This document shows positions 8,540 through 18,690 of a stretch of 64,000 nucleotides of DNA, one piece after another. Position 1 is the stretch's first letter, and each line of letters starts with the position of its first letter. The position numbers were made by a program, and so were the translations under genes. Origin of the DNA: a virus; IMG/VR virus record IMGVR_UViG_3300025174_000005; one strand, given 5' to 3'. The notes beneath the pieces were generated by a model that worked only from the letters and a program-made list of their open reading frames with translations, had not been told where the DNA came from and did no database searches.

Positions 8540-10393
8540 TTGAATACTAGCATAAATAAAATCAATCAACTTATTGAACCACTAAACCTAGCTCAGACAG
8601 ATGCTGTTAAGCATCGCAACAAACATCTGCTTGTTATTAGTTGTCCTGGTAGTGGCAAGACGCGGTGTCTTACGCACCGCCTAGCATCTCTTATTGTAGA
8701 GGGTATTAATCCTTCTAATATATTGTGTGTTACCTTTACACGCAAAGCTTCTCGTGAGATGATAGACAGAACAAATAGGTTGCTTGAGTCTATAGACGAA
8801 AATATCTATCTTGGGAGTATGATGATAGGTACATTCCATAGTATATGTCTTAAAATACTACGTGCTGAGGGAATTAATCATGGGGTTGCCGATGCTGATA
8901 AGCAGCGTGATATTATTAAAAAAATATTAATGCGTTCAAATATAGACCAAGACTTTGTGTATGATGCATTACATAGAATAAACTATGAGAAAGCATTTGG
9001 CAGAGGACCATCAGCAGTTGAAAGCAAACTAGTAAGAGATGTATTCCAAGAGTATGAGAATGCTTTAAATAAAGAAAAGCTATTAGATTACGATGACATT
9101 CTCTTAAGAACCAAACAACTCTTTGATGCTCATCCAGAAACTAGGTACAAGTGGCAAAACCAATTTCAACATATATTAGTAGATGAATTACAAGATACTA
9201 ATATGGTCCAATTCTCTATATTAGAAAGTTTAATATCTAATAACTCCACCTTTTTTGGTGTAGGTGATTTTGCTCAAAGTATCTATGGTTGGAGAGGTAG
9301 TCTGCCTGATTATATTAATAAGTTCTCAGAGAACTGGAAAACTGATATTATTAAATTAGAAACCAATTATAGATCTGGGCAGAAGATATTAAATTTAGCT
9401 CAGTCATTAATTAAAGCATCATCTCTGCCACTACAAGCATCTCTAAATGGAGTAAATGGAGAAGGTATTCAGCCTGTAATAACACAACACATGGATGAGT
9501 ATGCTGAAGCTACGTGGATAGCTCGTACTATTAAGGGATTACGATCCAGAAATACACCACTGCATGAGATTGGCATACTATATCGTACACATGCCCTTAG
9601 TAGAGTACTAGAACAAGTACTTTCTAAGGAGAAAGTACCATATAAATTAGATCATGCATTGTCTTTTACTAGACGTAAGGAAATCAGAGATATACTGTCT
9701 TACTTATCAGTAATACACAATAAAGATACTGAAGCGATTAAACGTATAATCAACATGCCTTCGCGCAAAATAGGACCAGTAACCTTGAATCCAATAATGG
9801 CGGAAGCTTTATCGCTAGACAAATCATTGTGGGATATGTTACAATTAACCAAGGCTAAACCTATAAAAAGTTTTATCAAACTAATAAATAAAATATCAGA
9901 TCTGCCTACGTTAACTGAACAGTTTGGAGCCATAGTTGAGCTAACTAGATATAAACAATATCTTCTCTCCTTTGACAAAGAGACAGGTGAAGAGAGAGTA
10001 CAAAACATAGAACAATTAGGTGTGATGATTAATCAGTGTGTTACATATGATAAATTATTAGAAGAGATTGCCACTATAGAAGATGGAGTTAAACAGGTAG
10101 GATCTGCCATACACCTACTAACAATGCATGCTGCTAAGGGGTTAGAATTCGATGCGGTATTTATATTGGGAGTAGAAGATGGTATTATACCACACAGTAA
10201 ATCCATATCAGAGGGACTTGACAGGATAGAGGAAGAGCGTAGGTTATTATATGTAGCAACTACTCGAGCTAGGAAAAACTTATTTCTATCTCATACTAAT
10301 TCAAGATTGGGCTTTAATAGGAAATCAGGAACTAAATGCAGTCGCTTTATAACACCAGATGTTTTAAAACATTTATATAAGGAGGTAATATAA
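8540..10393 (+). CDS. uvrD: UvrD/PcrA superfamily 1 helicase
   Basis: CPGSGKT, VTFTRKAS, LVDELQDTN, VGDFAQSIYGWRG, LETNYRS, TMHAAKGLEF, EEERRLLYVATTRAR. Confidence 0.95.
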   Translation: MNTSINKINQLIEPLNLAQTDAVKHRNKHLLVISCPGSGKTRCLTHRLASLIVEGINPSNILCVTFTRKASREMIDRTNRLLESIDENIYLGSMMIGTFHSICLKILRAEGINHGVADADKQRDIIKKILMRSNIDQDFVYDALHRINYEKAFGRGPSAVESKLVRDVFQEYENALNKEKLLDYDDILLRTKQLFDAHPETRYKWQNQFQHILVDELQDTNMVQFSILESLISNNSTFFGVGDFAQSIYGWRGSLPDYINKFSENWKTDIIKLETNYRSGQKILNLAQSLIKASSLPLQASLNGVNGEGIQPVITQHMDEYAEATWIARTIKGLRSRNTPLHEIGILYRTHALSRVLEQVLSKEKVPYKLDHALSFTRRKEIRDILSYLSVIHNKDTEAIKRIINMPSRKIGPVTLNPIMAEALSLDKSLWDMLQLTKAKPIKSFIKLINKISDLPTLTEQFGAIVELTRYKQYLLSFDKETGEERVQNIEQLGVMINQCVTYDKLLEEIATIEDGVKQVGSAIHLLTMHAAKGLEFDAVFILGVEDGIIPHSKSISEGLDRIEEERRLLYVATTRARKNLFLSHTNSRLGFNRKSGTKCSRFITPDVLKHLYKEVI

Positions 10394-10839
10394 TGAACGA
10401 ACAAGAAATTAATCAAACACCTACGGCTACAGTGGATATAGATCTAAATACCATTAGGGTTATCAAAAAAATAGAGGAAGCTTTTGAGGATCCCTCATTT
10501 GATAAAACAGGATTAACATATCTAGATGTAGTAGAGGGATTTGCTACTATGTTAGTAGGTACTACTACTATGTTTTTAACTAATAATAATTACCAAGTAT
10601 CAGAAGAAGATAAGCAAATGATAGAAACAAGATCTTTAGAAATTATGGATACGCTTAAACAACATGGTCTCAATACCAACATAGCCTACACTACATTCAT
10701 ACTTGCAGGTGTACTTGCAGCCATGAGTCTGGGAATTAAAAGACATGTCTCTTTTATACAACAACAGGCAAGTAGCCAAATGCAAACAATTACAGAAGCA
10801 ACTTCAGATAATGCAGGCGTAACACCTACAGAAGATTAG
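10393..10839 (+). CDS. Hypothetical protein
   Basis: 148-aa ORF, AAGGAGG RBS, coupled to the helicase stop. Confidence 0.7.
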   Translation: MNEQEINQTPTATVDIDLNTIRVIKKIEEAFEDPSFDKTGLTYLDVVEGFATMLVGTTTMFLTNNNYQVSEEDKQMIETRSLEIMDTLKQHGLNTNIAYTTFILAGVLAAMSLGIKRHVSFIQQQASSQMQTITEATSDNAGVTPTED

Positions 10840-10849
10840 GAGGATTAAA

Positions 10850-11104
10850 TTGTTCCCAGTATTATCCCCCATAGAATGTGTGGTATCACATTGTGCCTTC
10901 AAAAGTATTGGAGGTACCACTATAGCCACCTACGGGTACATAGATAATATCCTACATTTGTGTGCTGTAAATATTTACCCATCTCGATTATGGGGAACTG
11001 TCACTACCAATTTCAAATTATGTAATTTTTTCGAATATAGCTGTAGACCTGTTGATGTATGTAGGGCATTACTAGGAATACCTGGAGATGCTAATGAATC
11101 CTGA
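10850..11104 (+). CDS. Small ORFan, RxLLG-tail family member D
   Basis: TTG start with an AGGAGG RBS; contains VNIYPSRL and RPVDVCRALLGIP. Confidence 0.65.
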   Translation: MFPVLSPIECVVSHCAFKSIGGTTIATYGYIDNILHLCAVNIYPSRLWGTVTTNFKLCNFFEYSCRPVDVCRALLGIPGDANES

Positions 11105-11525
11105 GAAAATACAATACAGATACCTAACACCAAGTACTGATCCGTGGGTACATCAACCCATAGTAGGTGGTGTAGGTAAACACATACATGAAGTAGTAGC
11201 TATAATAAACAACAAATATGATGGATATCTCCATGATGCAGCAGCAGGTTTAGATGTATCTTTTGAGGCTATCGAAGAAGCACTTACCTATTATGGTGTA
11301 AATTATCTAGAGATAGAAAAAGACAGACATAGGTTACGTATTAGAAATAATGTTATGATGAAATTACCTATGAAAGAGATAGAGATATGGTTACATGCCA
11401 CTTTAGATGATGGGATGTCCCCTATATCCCGCCTATATGGTAATAAATTAGACCTAAAGATACTAGAGCAATATGTAGAGTCTATATCTCTTCCTTCTAA
11501 AAAGAAGAAGAACCGTGCAACATAG
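11088..11525 (+). CDS. DUF433-like HTH protein
   Basis: PIVGGVGKHIHEVV...LDVSFEAIEEALTYY resembles the DUF433 pattern. Confidence 0.55.
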   Translation: MLMNPEKIQYRYLTPSTDPWVHQPIVGGVGKHIHEVVAIINNKYDGYLHDAAAGLDVSFEAIEEALTYYGVNYLEIEKDRHRLRIRNNVMMKLPMKEIEIWLHATLDDGMSPISRLYGNKLDLKILEQYVESISLPSKKKKNRAT

Positions 11526-11610
11526 AAAAATTGCTTTTATTATAGATGGATCCAACACCTTATATTTATTAAGACGGTTAATAGTATAATTAACCTAATT
11601 TAAGGAGGCT

Positions 11611-11841
11611 GTGTACATGGCAAACCTTTCAGAGTTCGCGAATCTGATTGGCAAAACAATTGATTCGATAACAGATAAACCAGTAGCTGCTGAACAAGCA
11701 TTACCTACAGGTTCGATGCAAATGGTAATTCAATTTACAGATATGTCATTTCTAACCCTTACAGCGAGAGCTCAAGATGGGTTCCCTGCAAGAATTGTTT
11801 ACAACAACGATGGCGTAAGAGACGAACTTATCAATTTGTAA
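11611..11841 (+). CDS. Hypothetical protein
   Basis: AAGGAGG RBS; LIGKTI..I....I.FTD pattern common in phage ORFans. Confidence 0.65.
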   Translation: MYMANLSEFANLIGKTIDSITDKPVAAEQALPTGSMQMVIQFTDMSFLTLTARAQDGFPARIVYNNDGVRDELINL

Positions 11842-11897
11842 TAAGTTTACCTACGTAATCCGTTTTTTAGCGGGTCCACCTTGTGTGGGTAGGTACG

Positions 11898-11930
11898 AGA
11901 AGGGGCGACGGAAGAGCCCCTTCTTCTTTT
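11898..11930 (+). terminator. Intrinsic terminator
   Basis: Stem agaaggggc/gccccttct followed by tctttt. Confidence 0.75.
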
Positions 11931-11944
11931 ATATAAGGAGGGGT

Positions 11945-12175
11945 ATGGTACACACAACTAAAATAGTAAGACTTTATCCTGTCATAGACGAAACACTTGC
12001 CGTGGTTGATCGATCTTATTATAGCTACAGCAATTCCTTAACTTGGGATATTAACCCAAGTATATATCCTCCTAATTTTAATACATATCAAGGAGCTGTG
12101 GATTATTTAATAAAAATTGGATACATATATGATAAGATCAATGATTACTATAGCCGAGAAAACTATTTATATTAG
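11945..12175 (+). CDS. Hypothetical protein (track start 11885; probable ATG 11945)
   Basis: AAGGAGGGG RBS directly before ATG 11945. Confidence 0.6.
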   Translation: MVHTTKIVRLYPVIDETLAVVDRSYYSYSNSLTWDINPSIYPPNFNTYQGAVDYLIKIGYIYDKINDYYSRENYLY

Positions 12176-12332
12176 ATCTCCACATCTTGATCTTATACAG
12201 GAAGTAAGGATATACCCTAGTTTTATAAGGTATCATACTCTAGATGAGAAAATGATGTTTAATTATGGTATAAATGGCTGTTTATACAACAAAAAACAAG
12301 CTGTTCCTTATCAAGTATGTGAGCTTTACTAA
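12117..12332 (+). CDS. Small ORFan, probable divergent RxLLG-family member F
   Basis: Contains VRIYPSFI and ends AVPYQVCELY*. Confidence 0.45.
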   Translation: MDTYMIRSMITIAEKTIYIRSPHLDLIQEVRIYPSFIRYHTLDEKMMFNYGINGCLYNKKQAVPYQVCELY

Positions 12333-12738
12333 ATATTACAAAGACATAGGAGATAATATGAAGCATCAAGCTATGTTAGACCTATACATGCCCTCCATAG
12401 AAGTAGAGATCCTACGTCTTCTGAAGGAACACAGCTATAAAATAGATGAAGCATCGATGAAATCTAAAGGGAAACACCTTATCCTTAGAGATGGCTCTAA
12501 TGTTTTTAAAATCAACATACAAGGATTATATCGTAATATTTTCTATAATGAGAAGGGAGATATTGATATTTCCATGAATGATATTGAGTATGGATTGCTT
12601 AAGGTAGCTCAGATAATATATCAATATATAGATGTTATGGATGTAGCCAGCGAATCCATAGATAAGATGAAAATACTATCTTCTTTATATGAAATAAAAA
12701 CAATTAAGCAAGTAGATAATTCATATGAAATATATTAA
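12274..12738 (+). CDS. Hypothetical protein
   Basis: Probable start at the internal MKHQ after an AGGAG RBS. Confidence 0.6.
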   Translation: MAVYTTKNKLFLIKYVSFTKYYKDIGDNMKHQAMLDLYMPSIEVEILRLLKEHSYKIDEASMKSKGKHLILRDGSNVFKINIQGLYRNIFYNEKGDIDISMNDIEYGLLKVAQIIYQYIDVMDVASESIDKMKILSSLYEIKTIKQVDNSYEIY

Positions 12739-12957
12739 GCACGTAGAGATTCCAGCGCTTCTAAACAAACGCAGGTTGAGAGCAAGGAGAACCAGGGTCT
12801 CGGCTATTAAAAATAGAAGGAGGAACTGGCTAACTACTATAGCCAAAGGTGTAGTAACTATTCTGCCGTTTGCCCTAAGTTTTACCCCGTTGTCATCATT
12901 AAAATGGTTGCGATATGGACCATTAAGATTAATACATAAATTAATAAGGTATGTAAA

Positions 12958-13365
12958 TTGGTAAAAGATATAATGCAGAGACGGAGCTTTAAACCTATGT
13001 TCCATGAAGAGCTCAAAGGTAAAATAGTTTACAGCGTGCAACTACCACAGTATAGTCAGCATGACGTAGTTAAAGTTGGTGGGGATATAGTATTTATAGG
13101 TAAACTACCTGAACTTAAAGACTTCATAGGTTCAGAACCACACGATAACTATCATGATGTATATCATATAGTTATAGATGATGGATTAGATACCCTAACT
13201 ATATCAGCCATACCAGAAACATTACTTATAGAAAATGAATTAAAAGTTGGAGATTTAATTATAGTTGAAGGGGCCATAATGTATTACCACGATAATCATT
13301 TTCCATATATAGTAGCTTTTAATACCAAGAAACTAAAGGCTAAGAGAACACCTAAGCATATTTAA
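12958..13365 (+). CDS. Putative OB-fold protein
   Basis: TLTISA...LKVGDLIIVEG resembles an OB-fold strand pattern. Confidence 0.4.
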   Translation: MVKDIMQRRSFKPMFHEELKGKIVYSVQLPQYSQHDVVKVGGDIVFIGKLPELKDFIGSEPHDNYHDVYHIVIDDGLDTLTISAIPETLLIENELKVGDLIIVEGAIMYYHDNHFPYIVAFNTKKLKAKRTPKHI

Positions 13366-13403
13366 GCTAGTAAATAAGCCTAAATACCTATCATTTTAAG
13401 ATC

Positions 13404-13431
13404 TTGACAGCTTCTCCTAAAGCAGTATAAT
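13404..13431 (+). promoter_or_regulatory. Consensus sigma70 promoter for the ribonucleotide reductase gene
   Basis: TTGACA (13404-13409)-N16-TATAAT (13426-13431). Confidence 0.75.
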
Positions 13432-13452
13432 AACAATAGAGGGCGGTTATCC

Positions 13453-15747
13453 ATGCCCTTGTTCTATCTAAAAGGAGATGCTGGCATGCATACAACAACA
13501 GGGACTATGTCCCCATCTTTAATATCTTTAACCCCCATCGCTCAACAAATACTTACTAAACGTTATTTTAAAACCAAAGAAGATGGTACTCAGGAAACCT
13601 GGGAAGATCTTTGTCATCGCGTAGCCAATCATATAGCAAGAGCAGAAATTACTCTTGAACTCCAAACATATTGGGCTCAACAATTCTACGATCTTATTCA
13701 CGATCTATGGTTTCTACCCAACAGTCCATGCTTAGTTAATGCTGGTACTAATATAGGTGGACTGCTTGCGTGCTTTGTAGTACCTCTAGAAGACAGTATA
13801 GACGGTATAGCTGAGACTAAAAAGTCCTTCATGAAGATAGCCCAAAAAGGAGGTGGTTGTGGGACAACCCTATCAAACCTCCGTCCAAAAGGCAACTATG
13901 TAGCGGGGTCAACGCACGCTCAGGCAGGTGGACCCATTGCATTCTTGAGAACAATATCATCTGATATGATAGCTATGACACAGTCAGGCTTCAGAGATAT
14001 GGCATGTATGGCTACGATGAGAGTAGATCATCCAGATATACTAGAGTGCATACGTTGTAAAACACCATTAGCTGCTCTTCAGTATACCTTTAATATTACC
14101 GATGATGAAGCTAAGAATATGTTAGATGAAGGCATTCCTTCTCAGGTTCAGAAATTAATAGAAGATTTTTTGCATAACTTTAATATCTCCATTATGGTAA
14201 CAGATGAATTCATGGAAGCCGTACATGATAATAAGGACTATAATCTAACTTTTGATGGTAAAATTTACAAAACACTATCTGCTAAAGAAGTATTTAAAGA
14301 GATAGCTAAGAACGCATGGACATGGGGAGACCCAGGTTTAATGTTTTATAACAAGGTCAATAGCGAAGACAAGTCTTATACAGAAGAAATACAATCAAGT
14401 AATCCATGCGGTGAGCAGCAACTTCCACCTTATGGCTCATGTAATTTAGGAAGTTTAAACTTAACTAAATTTGTTACTAGTAATGGTAAGGTAAACTGGG
14501 ATCTACTAGCAGATAGGATCAACATAGCAACTAGGTTTCTGGATAATGTAATAGATATGAACCAGTTTCCTACGCCTAAGATAGAAGACTGGGCTTCTCG
14601 AAACCGTCCTATCGGCCTTGGTGTTATGGGATGGGCTGATATGCTTATTAATATGAAGATGGCTTATGGCTCTCAAAATAGTTATAGGTTAGCTAAACAA
14701 GTAATGTCATTTATCCATGATAAAACTAATGAAGTTTCTGTAAGCTTAGCTAATGAAAAGGGAATGCTTAATCTAACTGGCAAAGGTGCCCTAGAAAATA
14801 TACGACGCAATACTTGTATAACCAGTATAGCACCAACAGGAAGCATAAGTCTCCTGGCTAATTGTTCTAGCGGTGTAGAGCCATGCTACAGTGATTCTAT
14901 AACACGTACCGATAAAACAGGCACCTATCACACCACACATCCTAGTGCTGATGAGAAGTGCTTTAGGTGTGCTGTGTCAGAGAAGTATCCTGATAAGATA
15001 CTATCTGCTGAAGCACACATACGTATGCAGGCAGCGTTTCAGAATAACGGTGTAACATCTAGCATATCTAAAACAATTAATCTTGCAGAGACAGCCACTA
15101 TAGAAGATGTGCTAAAGGCATATCAGCTAGCGTGGGAGCTCGACTGTAAAGGAATTACGATCTACAGAGATAAAAGCAGGACTTCTGCGGTACTATCAAC
15201 AGGCATAGTAACGAAACCAACCACAGTTAAGAGAAGTAAGCTTATATCTCCCGATATACTTACTGGAGGTTACCGTGCTAAGATCCAGATGTTTGGCAAA
15301 GAGGGAGAGAAAATTACTTATTACCTTCAGATGTTTCCCAACGAATCTGGACAAACAGATGAGCTCTTCTTGAGCTCAAGCCATCCAACAGAAGCAGACT
15401 TCTGTGCAATAATAGGGCGCTTAGGTACAATGGCCCTACGTAGACTAGATCCTGATGAGATGGAAGCCTTTGCTAAACAATTAGAACAAGGTCAATCAAC
15501 ACGAGGTATTACTACATTCTTACGACATCGCTATGCCTCACTAGGTGAAGCGTTAGCAGCAGCCTTCAGAGAGGGCTTAAGACACTTTAGTGGTACTATA
15601 ATTAATTTAATACCTACAGCTACAGTAGATACTAAAGAAGTTGTTCTAGGCCAGAAATGTCCAAAGTGTAAGCAGATGACCTTTGTAGTCGAAGCTGGCT
15701 GTAAGGTATGTAAGAATGATGAATGTATGTATAGTAAGTGCGGCTAA
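13453..15747 (+). CDS. nrdJ: Class II (adenosylcobalamin-dependent) ribonucleotide reductase
   Basis: FLPNSPCLVNAG, ACFV, GGGCGT, SNPCGEQ, CNLGSLNL, RPIGLGVMG, SIAPTGSISL, SKTINL, C-terminal CPKC..EAGCKVC zinc ribbon. No R2 subunit gene adjacent. Confidence 0.9.
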   Translation: MPLFYLKGDAGMHTTTGTMSPSLISLTPIAQQILTKRYFKTKEDGTQETWEDLCHRVANHIARAEITLELQTYWAQQFYDLIHDLWFLPNSPCLVNAGTNIGGLLACFVVPLEDSIDGIAETKKSFMKIAQKGGGCGTTLSNLRPKGNYVAGSTHAQAGGPIAFLRTISSDMIAMTQSGFRDMACMATMRVDHPDILECIRCKTPLAALQYTFNITDDEAKNMLDEGIPSQVQKLIEDFLHNFNISIMVTDEFMEAVHDNKDYNLTFDGKIYKTLSAKEVFKEIAKNAWTWGDPGLMFYNKVNSEDKSYTEEIQSSNPCGEQQLPPYGSCNLGSLNLTKFVTSNGKVNWDLLADRINIATRFLDNVIDMNQFPTPKIEDWASRNRPIGLGVMGWADMLINMKMAYGSQNSYRLAKQVMSFIHDKTNEVSVSLANEKGMLNLTGKGALENIRRNTCITSIAPTGSISLLANCSSGVEPCYSDSITRTDKTGTYHTTHPSADEKCFRCAVSEKYPDKILSAEAHIRMQAAFQNNGVTSSISKTINLAETATIEDVLKAYQLAWELDCKGITIYRDKSRTSAVLSTGIVTKPTTVKRSKLISPDILTGGYRAKIQMFGKEGEKITYYLQMFPNESGQTDELFLSSSHPTEADFCAIIGRLGTMALRRLDPDEMEAFAKQLEQGQSTRGITTFLRHRYASLGEALAAAFREGLRHFSGTIINLIPTATVDTKEVVLGQKCPKCKQMTFVVEAGCKVCKNDECMYSKCG

Positions 15748-15766
15748 GCCACATTGTGGCTTAGCC
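15742..15766. terminator. Perfect 25-bp palindrome over the nrdJ stop codon (terminator-like hairpin)
   Basis: ggctaagccaca-t-tgtggcttagcc. Confidence 0.6.
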
Positions 15767-16337
15767 TTATGGAGTGGTTAGGTAGTTGGAGGGAGATATA
15801 TGCACACGATAAGTTTAGGACCTAGGAATAATCTTATATTACAAATGATCTTAGCAATGAATGTTATGTATTTGTCTACTAGAGATCATCTACATCACCG
15901 CCCCCTTAAAACACTTGATCCACACATATGGACTATAAGGGCTTCAAATATCGTTTTACAGTATACTATACCCATCATTAACGGCCGTCGCATTTGCAGG
16001 GATTGTCATTATGGGGATGAGTATTTGAGAATGAAGCTTAGGATAAGCCCAGCGTGCTGCCTCAAGTACTACTGTTTGAAGAATTTGTATCCAGACTTAA
16101 ATCATTGGTAACCCGTTCGAATGGGAGATATTTACTGATACTAAACATAGAGACCTGTTTTCGAAGGAGGTATAAGTAATGTATATTTCAGAGACAAACC
16201 TACCCTATATATTACCCATTTTAATGGGTATAGAATGTCTAATCTATTATAATAATTGGAGTAATAATAAAAACTTTCCCTTCTCTTATCCCTATGTGGC
16301 TGCCAATTTGATATTACAAAGAATGGGATGTGGGTAG

Positions 16338-16550
16338 ATGATATTACTACACTTAATATTTTTGGGGTTATTTTTTGGTTCACTTGTTTTATTTGGTATA
16401 GGGGTGTTTATTACCACACAAACAATAATAGATGGTGTTACTATGAAGACATTGCTATGGTTGACAATTACACATCTTGGTATAACATGTATAGTGTTGT
16501 TTAGTGATATTCTTTGTACATTGAGGTGTAAATATCGCAAGATAAAATAA
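16338..16550 (+). CDS. Small membrane protein
   Basis: Two hydrophobic segments. Confidence 0.5.
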   Translation: MILLHLIFLGLFFGSLVLFGIGVFITTQTIIDGVTMKTLLWLTITHLGITCIVLFSDILCTLRCKYRKIK

Positions 16551-16614
16551 AAATACTAAATTATACTCGTGAAGATTGTTTTATGTATCTTCAAGCTAAA
16601 GGGAGGTAAATAAA

Positions 16615-16842
16615 ATGATATGGGAAGCGCTTGCTCTTTTTGTTTTTATAGGTTGGTTGCTACTGAAGATAGCAGGTGAAGATAAGTCTCTTAAGAAGGG
16701 GCTAAGGACATTTATGTTAGGAGCAGGAGGTATTATACTCGGATTGATCATTTGCCCGCACCTAGTACTGTGGTCACTAATCATAATAATGATAATAAGT
16801 GTATGCAAACTGAAACAATACATAGAGAAGCATTATAGTTAA
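16615..16842 (+). CDS. Small membrane protein
   Basis: GGGAGG RBS; three hydrophobic segments. Confidence 0.6.
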   Translation: MIWEALALFVFIGWLLLKIAGEDKSLKKGLRTFMLGAGGIILGLIICPHLVLWSLIIIMIISVCKLKQYIEKHYS

Positions 16843-16878
16843 TAGTACATGAAGAGGGGATAAAAGGAGGGTGTAAAA

Positions 16879-17481
16879 ATGAAGATAACTAGAGAATTTT
16901 TAGTAAAAAACAATGCCTGCGAAGGTGACGTAGCCACGTGCGACGGATTAAGAAAGATAGAATTGAAGACTTTGATTCAATTCTACATACATAATAATAA
17001 ATTCGATTTGGGTAATTTGCTCCTGACAAAAATTTTAAAAGAGAAGGAATTAGTGGAATATGCAATGTATGCTGCAAAATTAGTATTACCGATTTTTGAA
17101 AAGTGTACAGATAGTGATAAGCCACACCTAGCGATAGAAGCTGCTAAGTCTGTTATTGCTGCAGCTAATACTGCTTATATTGCTTATATTGCTGATGCTA
17201 CTAAAGTTGTCTTCACCACTAATGCTGCTAATGCTGTTAATGCTGCTTATATTGAAGCTAATGATGCTTATGCTGCTTATATTGAAGCTAATAATAATAA
17301 TACTGTTACTGATGCTAATGCTGTTGCTACTGCTGCTGCTAACGCTGCTAACGTTGCTTATACTGCTTACTATACTGCTACTAAGTCTGGTTTTGCTATT
17401 AATGCTTCTAATGTTGCAAAGGCAACAGGTAAAAAAATATTAGATTTTGGTTTAAATTTAATAGAGAGGAGGTATTCTTAA
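16879..17481 (+). CDS. Phage protein with an Imm5-like helical segment and an Ala/Asn/Tyr low-complexity tract
   Basis: AAKLVLPIFEK..DSDKPHLAIEAAK followed by ~85 codons almost all ending in T; 22-bp direct repeat at 17241-17262 and 17271-17292. Confidence 0.6.
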   Translation: MKITREFLVKNNACEGDVATCDGLRKIELKTLIQFYIHNNKFDLGNLLLTKILKEKELVEYAMYAAKLVLPIFEKCTDSDKPHLAIEAAKSVIAAANTAYIAYIADATKVVFTTNAANAVNAAYIEANDAYAAYIEANNNNTVTDANAVATAAANAANVAYTAYYTATKSGFAINASNVAKATGKKILDFGLNLIERRYS

Positions 17482-17513
17482 AATGACAATACAAATAATC
17501 CCTAATTTAGAAA

Positions 17514-18470
17514 ATGAATAAGTCCACTCATAAGGTTGAAGTAGTGTCTATTACATTGGAGCCACATCCAAACGCTGATAGTCTATCTATAGTACGTATT
17601 TTTGGCTATACAATTGTAGTTAAGACTGAGCAATGGGAAGGAATCAATATTGGAGCGTATATAGTGCCTGACAGTGTTGTTGATATTACACGTCCCGAGT
17701 TTTCTTTCTTAACTAATCCTCGTATTAAAGTTAAGAAACTGCGTGGTGTGGTATCTATGGGTCTTCTTATGCCTGCTCCTCTTGGAGCTCAGGTAGGTGA
17801 TGATGTAGCAGAATATTATGGAGTGACTAGGTACGAACCACCACTTGAAAACTTAAGCACAGGCGGAGAAATTGGACCCACACCAGACGGCATATATTAC
17901 AAATACGATATAGATACATACTATCGTTATCCTACTATCTTCCAAAAAGAAGATGAAGTATGGATAACAGAGAAACTACATGGATCTTCGGCAAGGTATG
18001 TGTTCCAAGATAATGATATGTATATTGGATCGCGCAATGAATGGAAAAAGGGCGATGGTAATATTTGGGCAGGAGCCCTTAAGCAAAATACATGGATAGA
18101 AGAATGGTGTAGAGCACATGAAGGGTATGCCTTATATGGTGAAGTATTTGGCTATGTGCAGGATTTAAAATACGGTCACGGTAAAGGACAGTATAGTTTT
18201 AGAGTATTTGATGTGCTCCATAGAGGTAGGTGGTTAGATTTCGATGAACTATTTCGGATTGGATTGGATTTCAATAAACTAGTACCAACACTATATGTTG
18301 GGCATTATCACCCCACATTAATACAATATGCAGATGGAGATAGTTGTATACCTAAAGCCAATCACATACGAGAAGGTATTGTAATTAAACCTGTCGTCAA
18401 TCGACAGGATGATGCTATAGGTAGAGTTATATTAAAAGTAGTTAGTAATAAATATCTAGAGAGGGCTTAA
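17514..18470 (+). CDS. RNA ligase, DRB0094/Rnl5 family
   Basis: N-terminal HPNADSL OB module, motif I ITEKLHGSS, LYGEVFG, FRVFDV, REGIVIKP, LKVVSNKYL. Confidence 0.9.
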   Translation: MNKSTHKVEVVSITLEPHPNADSLSIVRIFGYTIVVKTEQWEGINIGAYIVPDSVVDITRPEFSFLTNPRIKVKKLRGVVSMGLLMPAPLGAQVGDDVAEYYGVTRYEPPLENLSTGGEIGPTPDGIYYKYDIDTYYRYPTIFQKEDEVWITEKLHGSSARYVFQDNDMYIGSRNEWKKGDGNIWAGALKQNTWIEEWCRAHEGYALYGEVFGYVQDLKYGHGKGQYSFRVFDVLHRGRWLDFDELFRIGLDFNKLVPTLYVGHYHPTLIQYADGDSCIPKANHIREGIVIKPVVNRQDDAIGRVILKVVSNKYLERA

Positions 18471-18471
18471 T

Positions 18472-18690
18472 ATGAAATCTCAACTACCAGAAGAAGAATT
18501 AAATAGAATTAAAGAACAGTGTAGGGTATTGAGTAAGTACCTGAAACATAGTGGTTTAGCAGAAGACGAGGATACAATACCACATGAGCGATTCTTATAT
18601 GTCCAAGACGTAGGAATACTACTAAAAGAAATAGATAGATTAAGGGATGCTTCTCCATTAGATATGAATATATTTCCTTGGTTGACATAG
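18472..18690 (+). CDS. Hypothetical protein
   Basis: 72-aa ORF starting right after the ligase stop. Confidence 0.55.
   Translation: MKSQLPEEELNRIKEQCRVLSKYLKHSGLAEDEDTIPHERFLYVQDVGILLKEIDRLRDASPLDMNIFPWLT

Noticed and set aside
2-15747. Inteins or introns in dnaE, uvrD or nrdJ (also checked recA, dnaB, thyX)
   Set aside because: Motifs follow at normal spacing with no C/S...HN-C/S/T splice junctions and no LAGLIDADG blocks.
17156-17443. 95-aa Leu/Met-rich ORF resembling a membrane protein
   Set aside because: Out-of-frame product of the (GCT/AAT)n tract inside 16879-17481.
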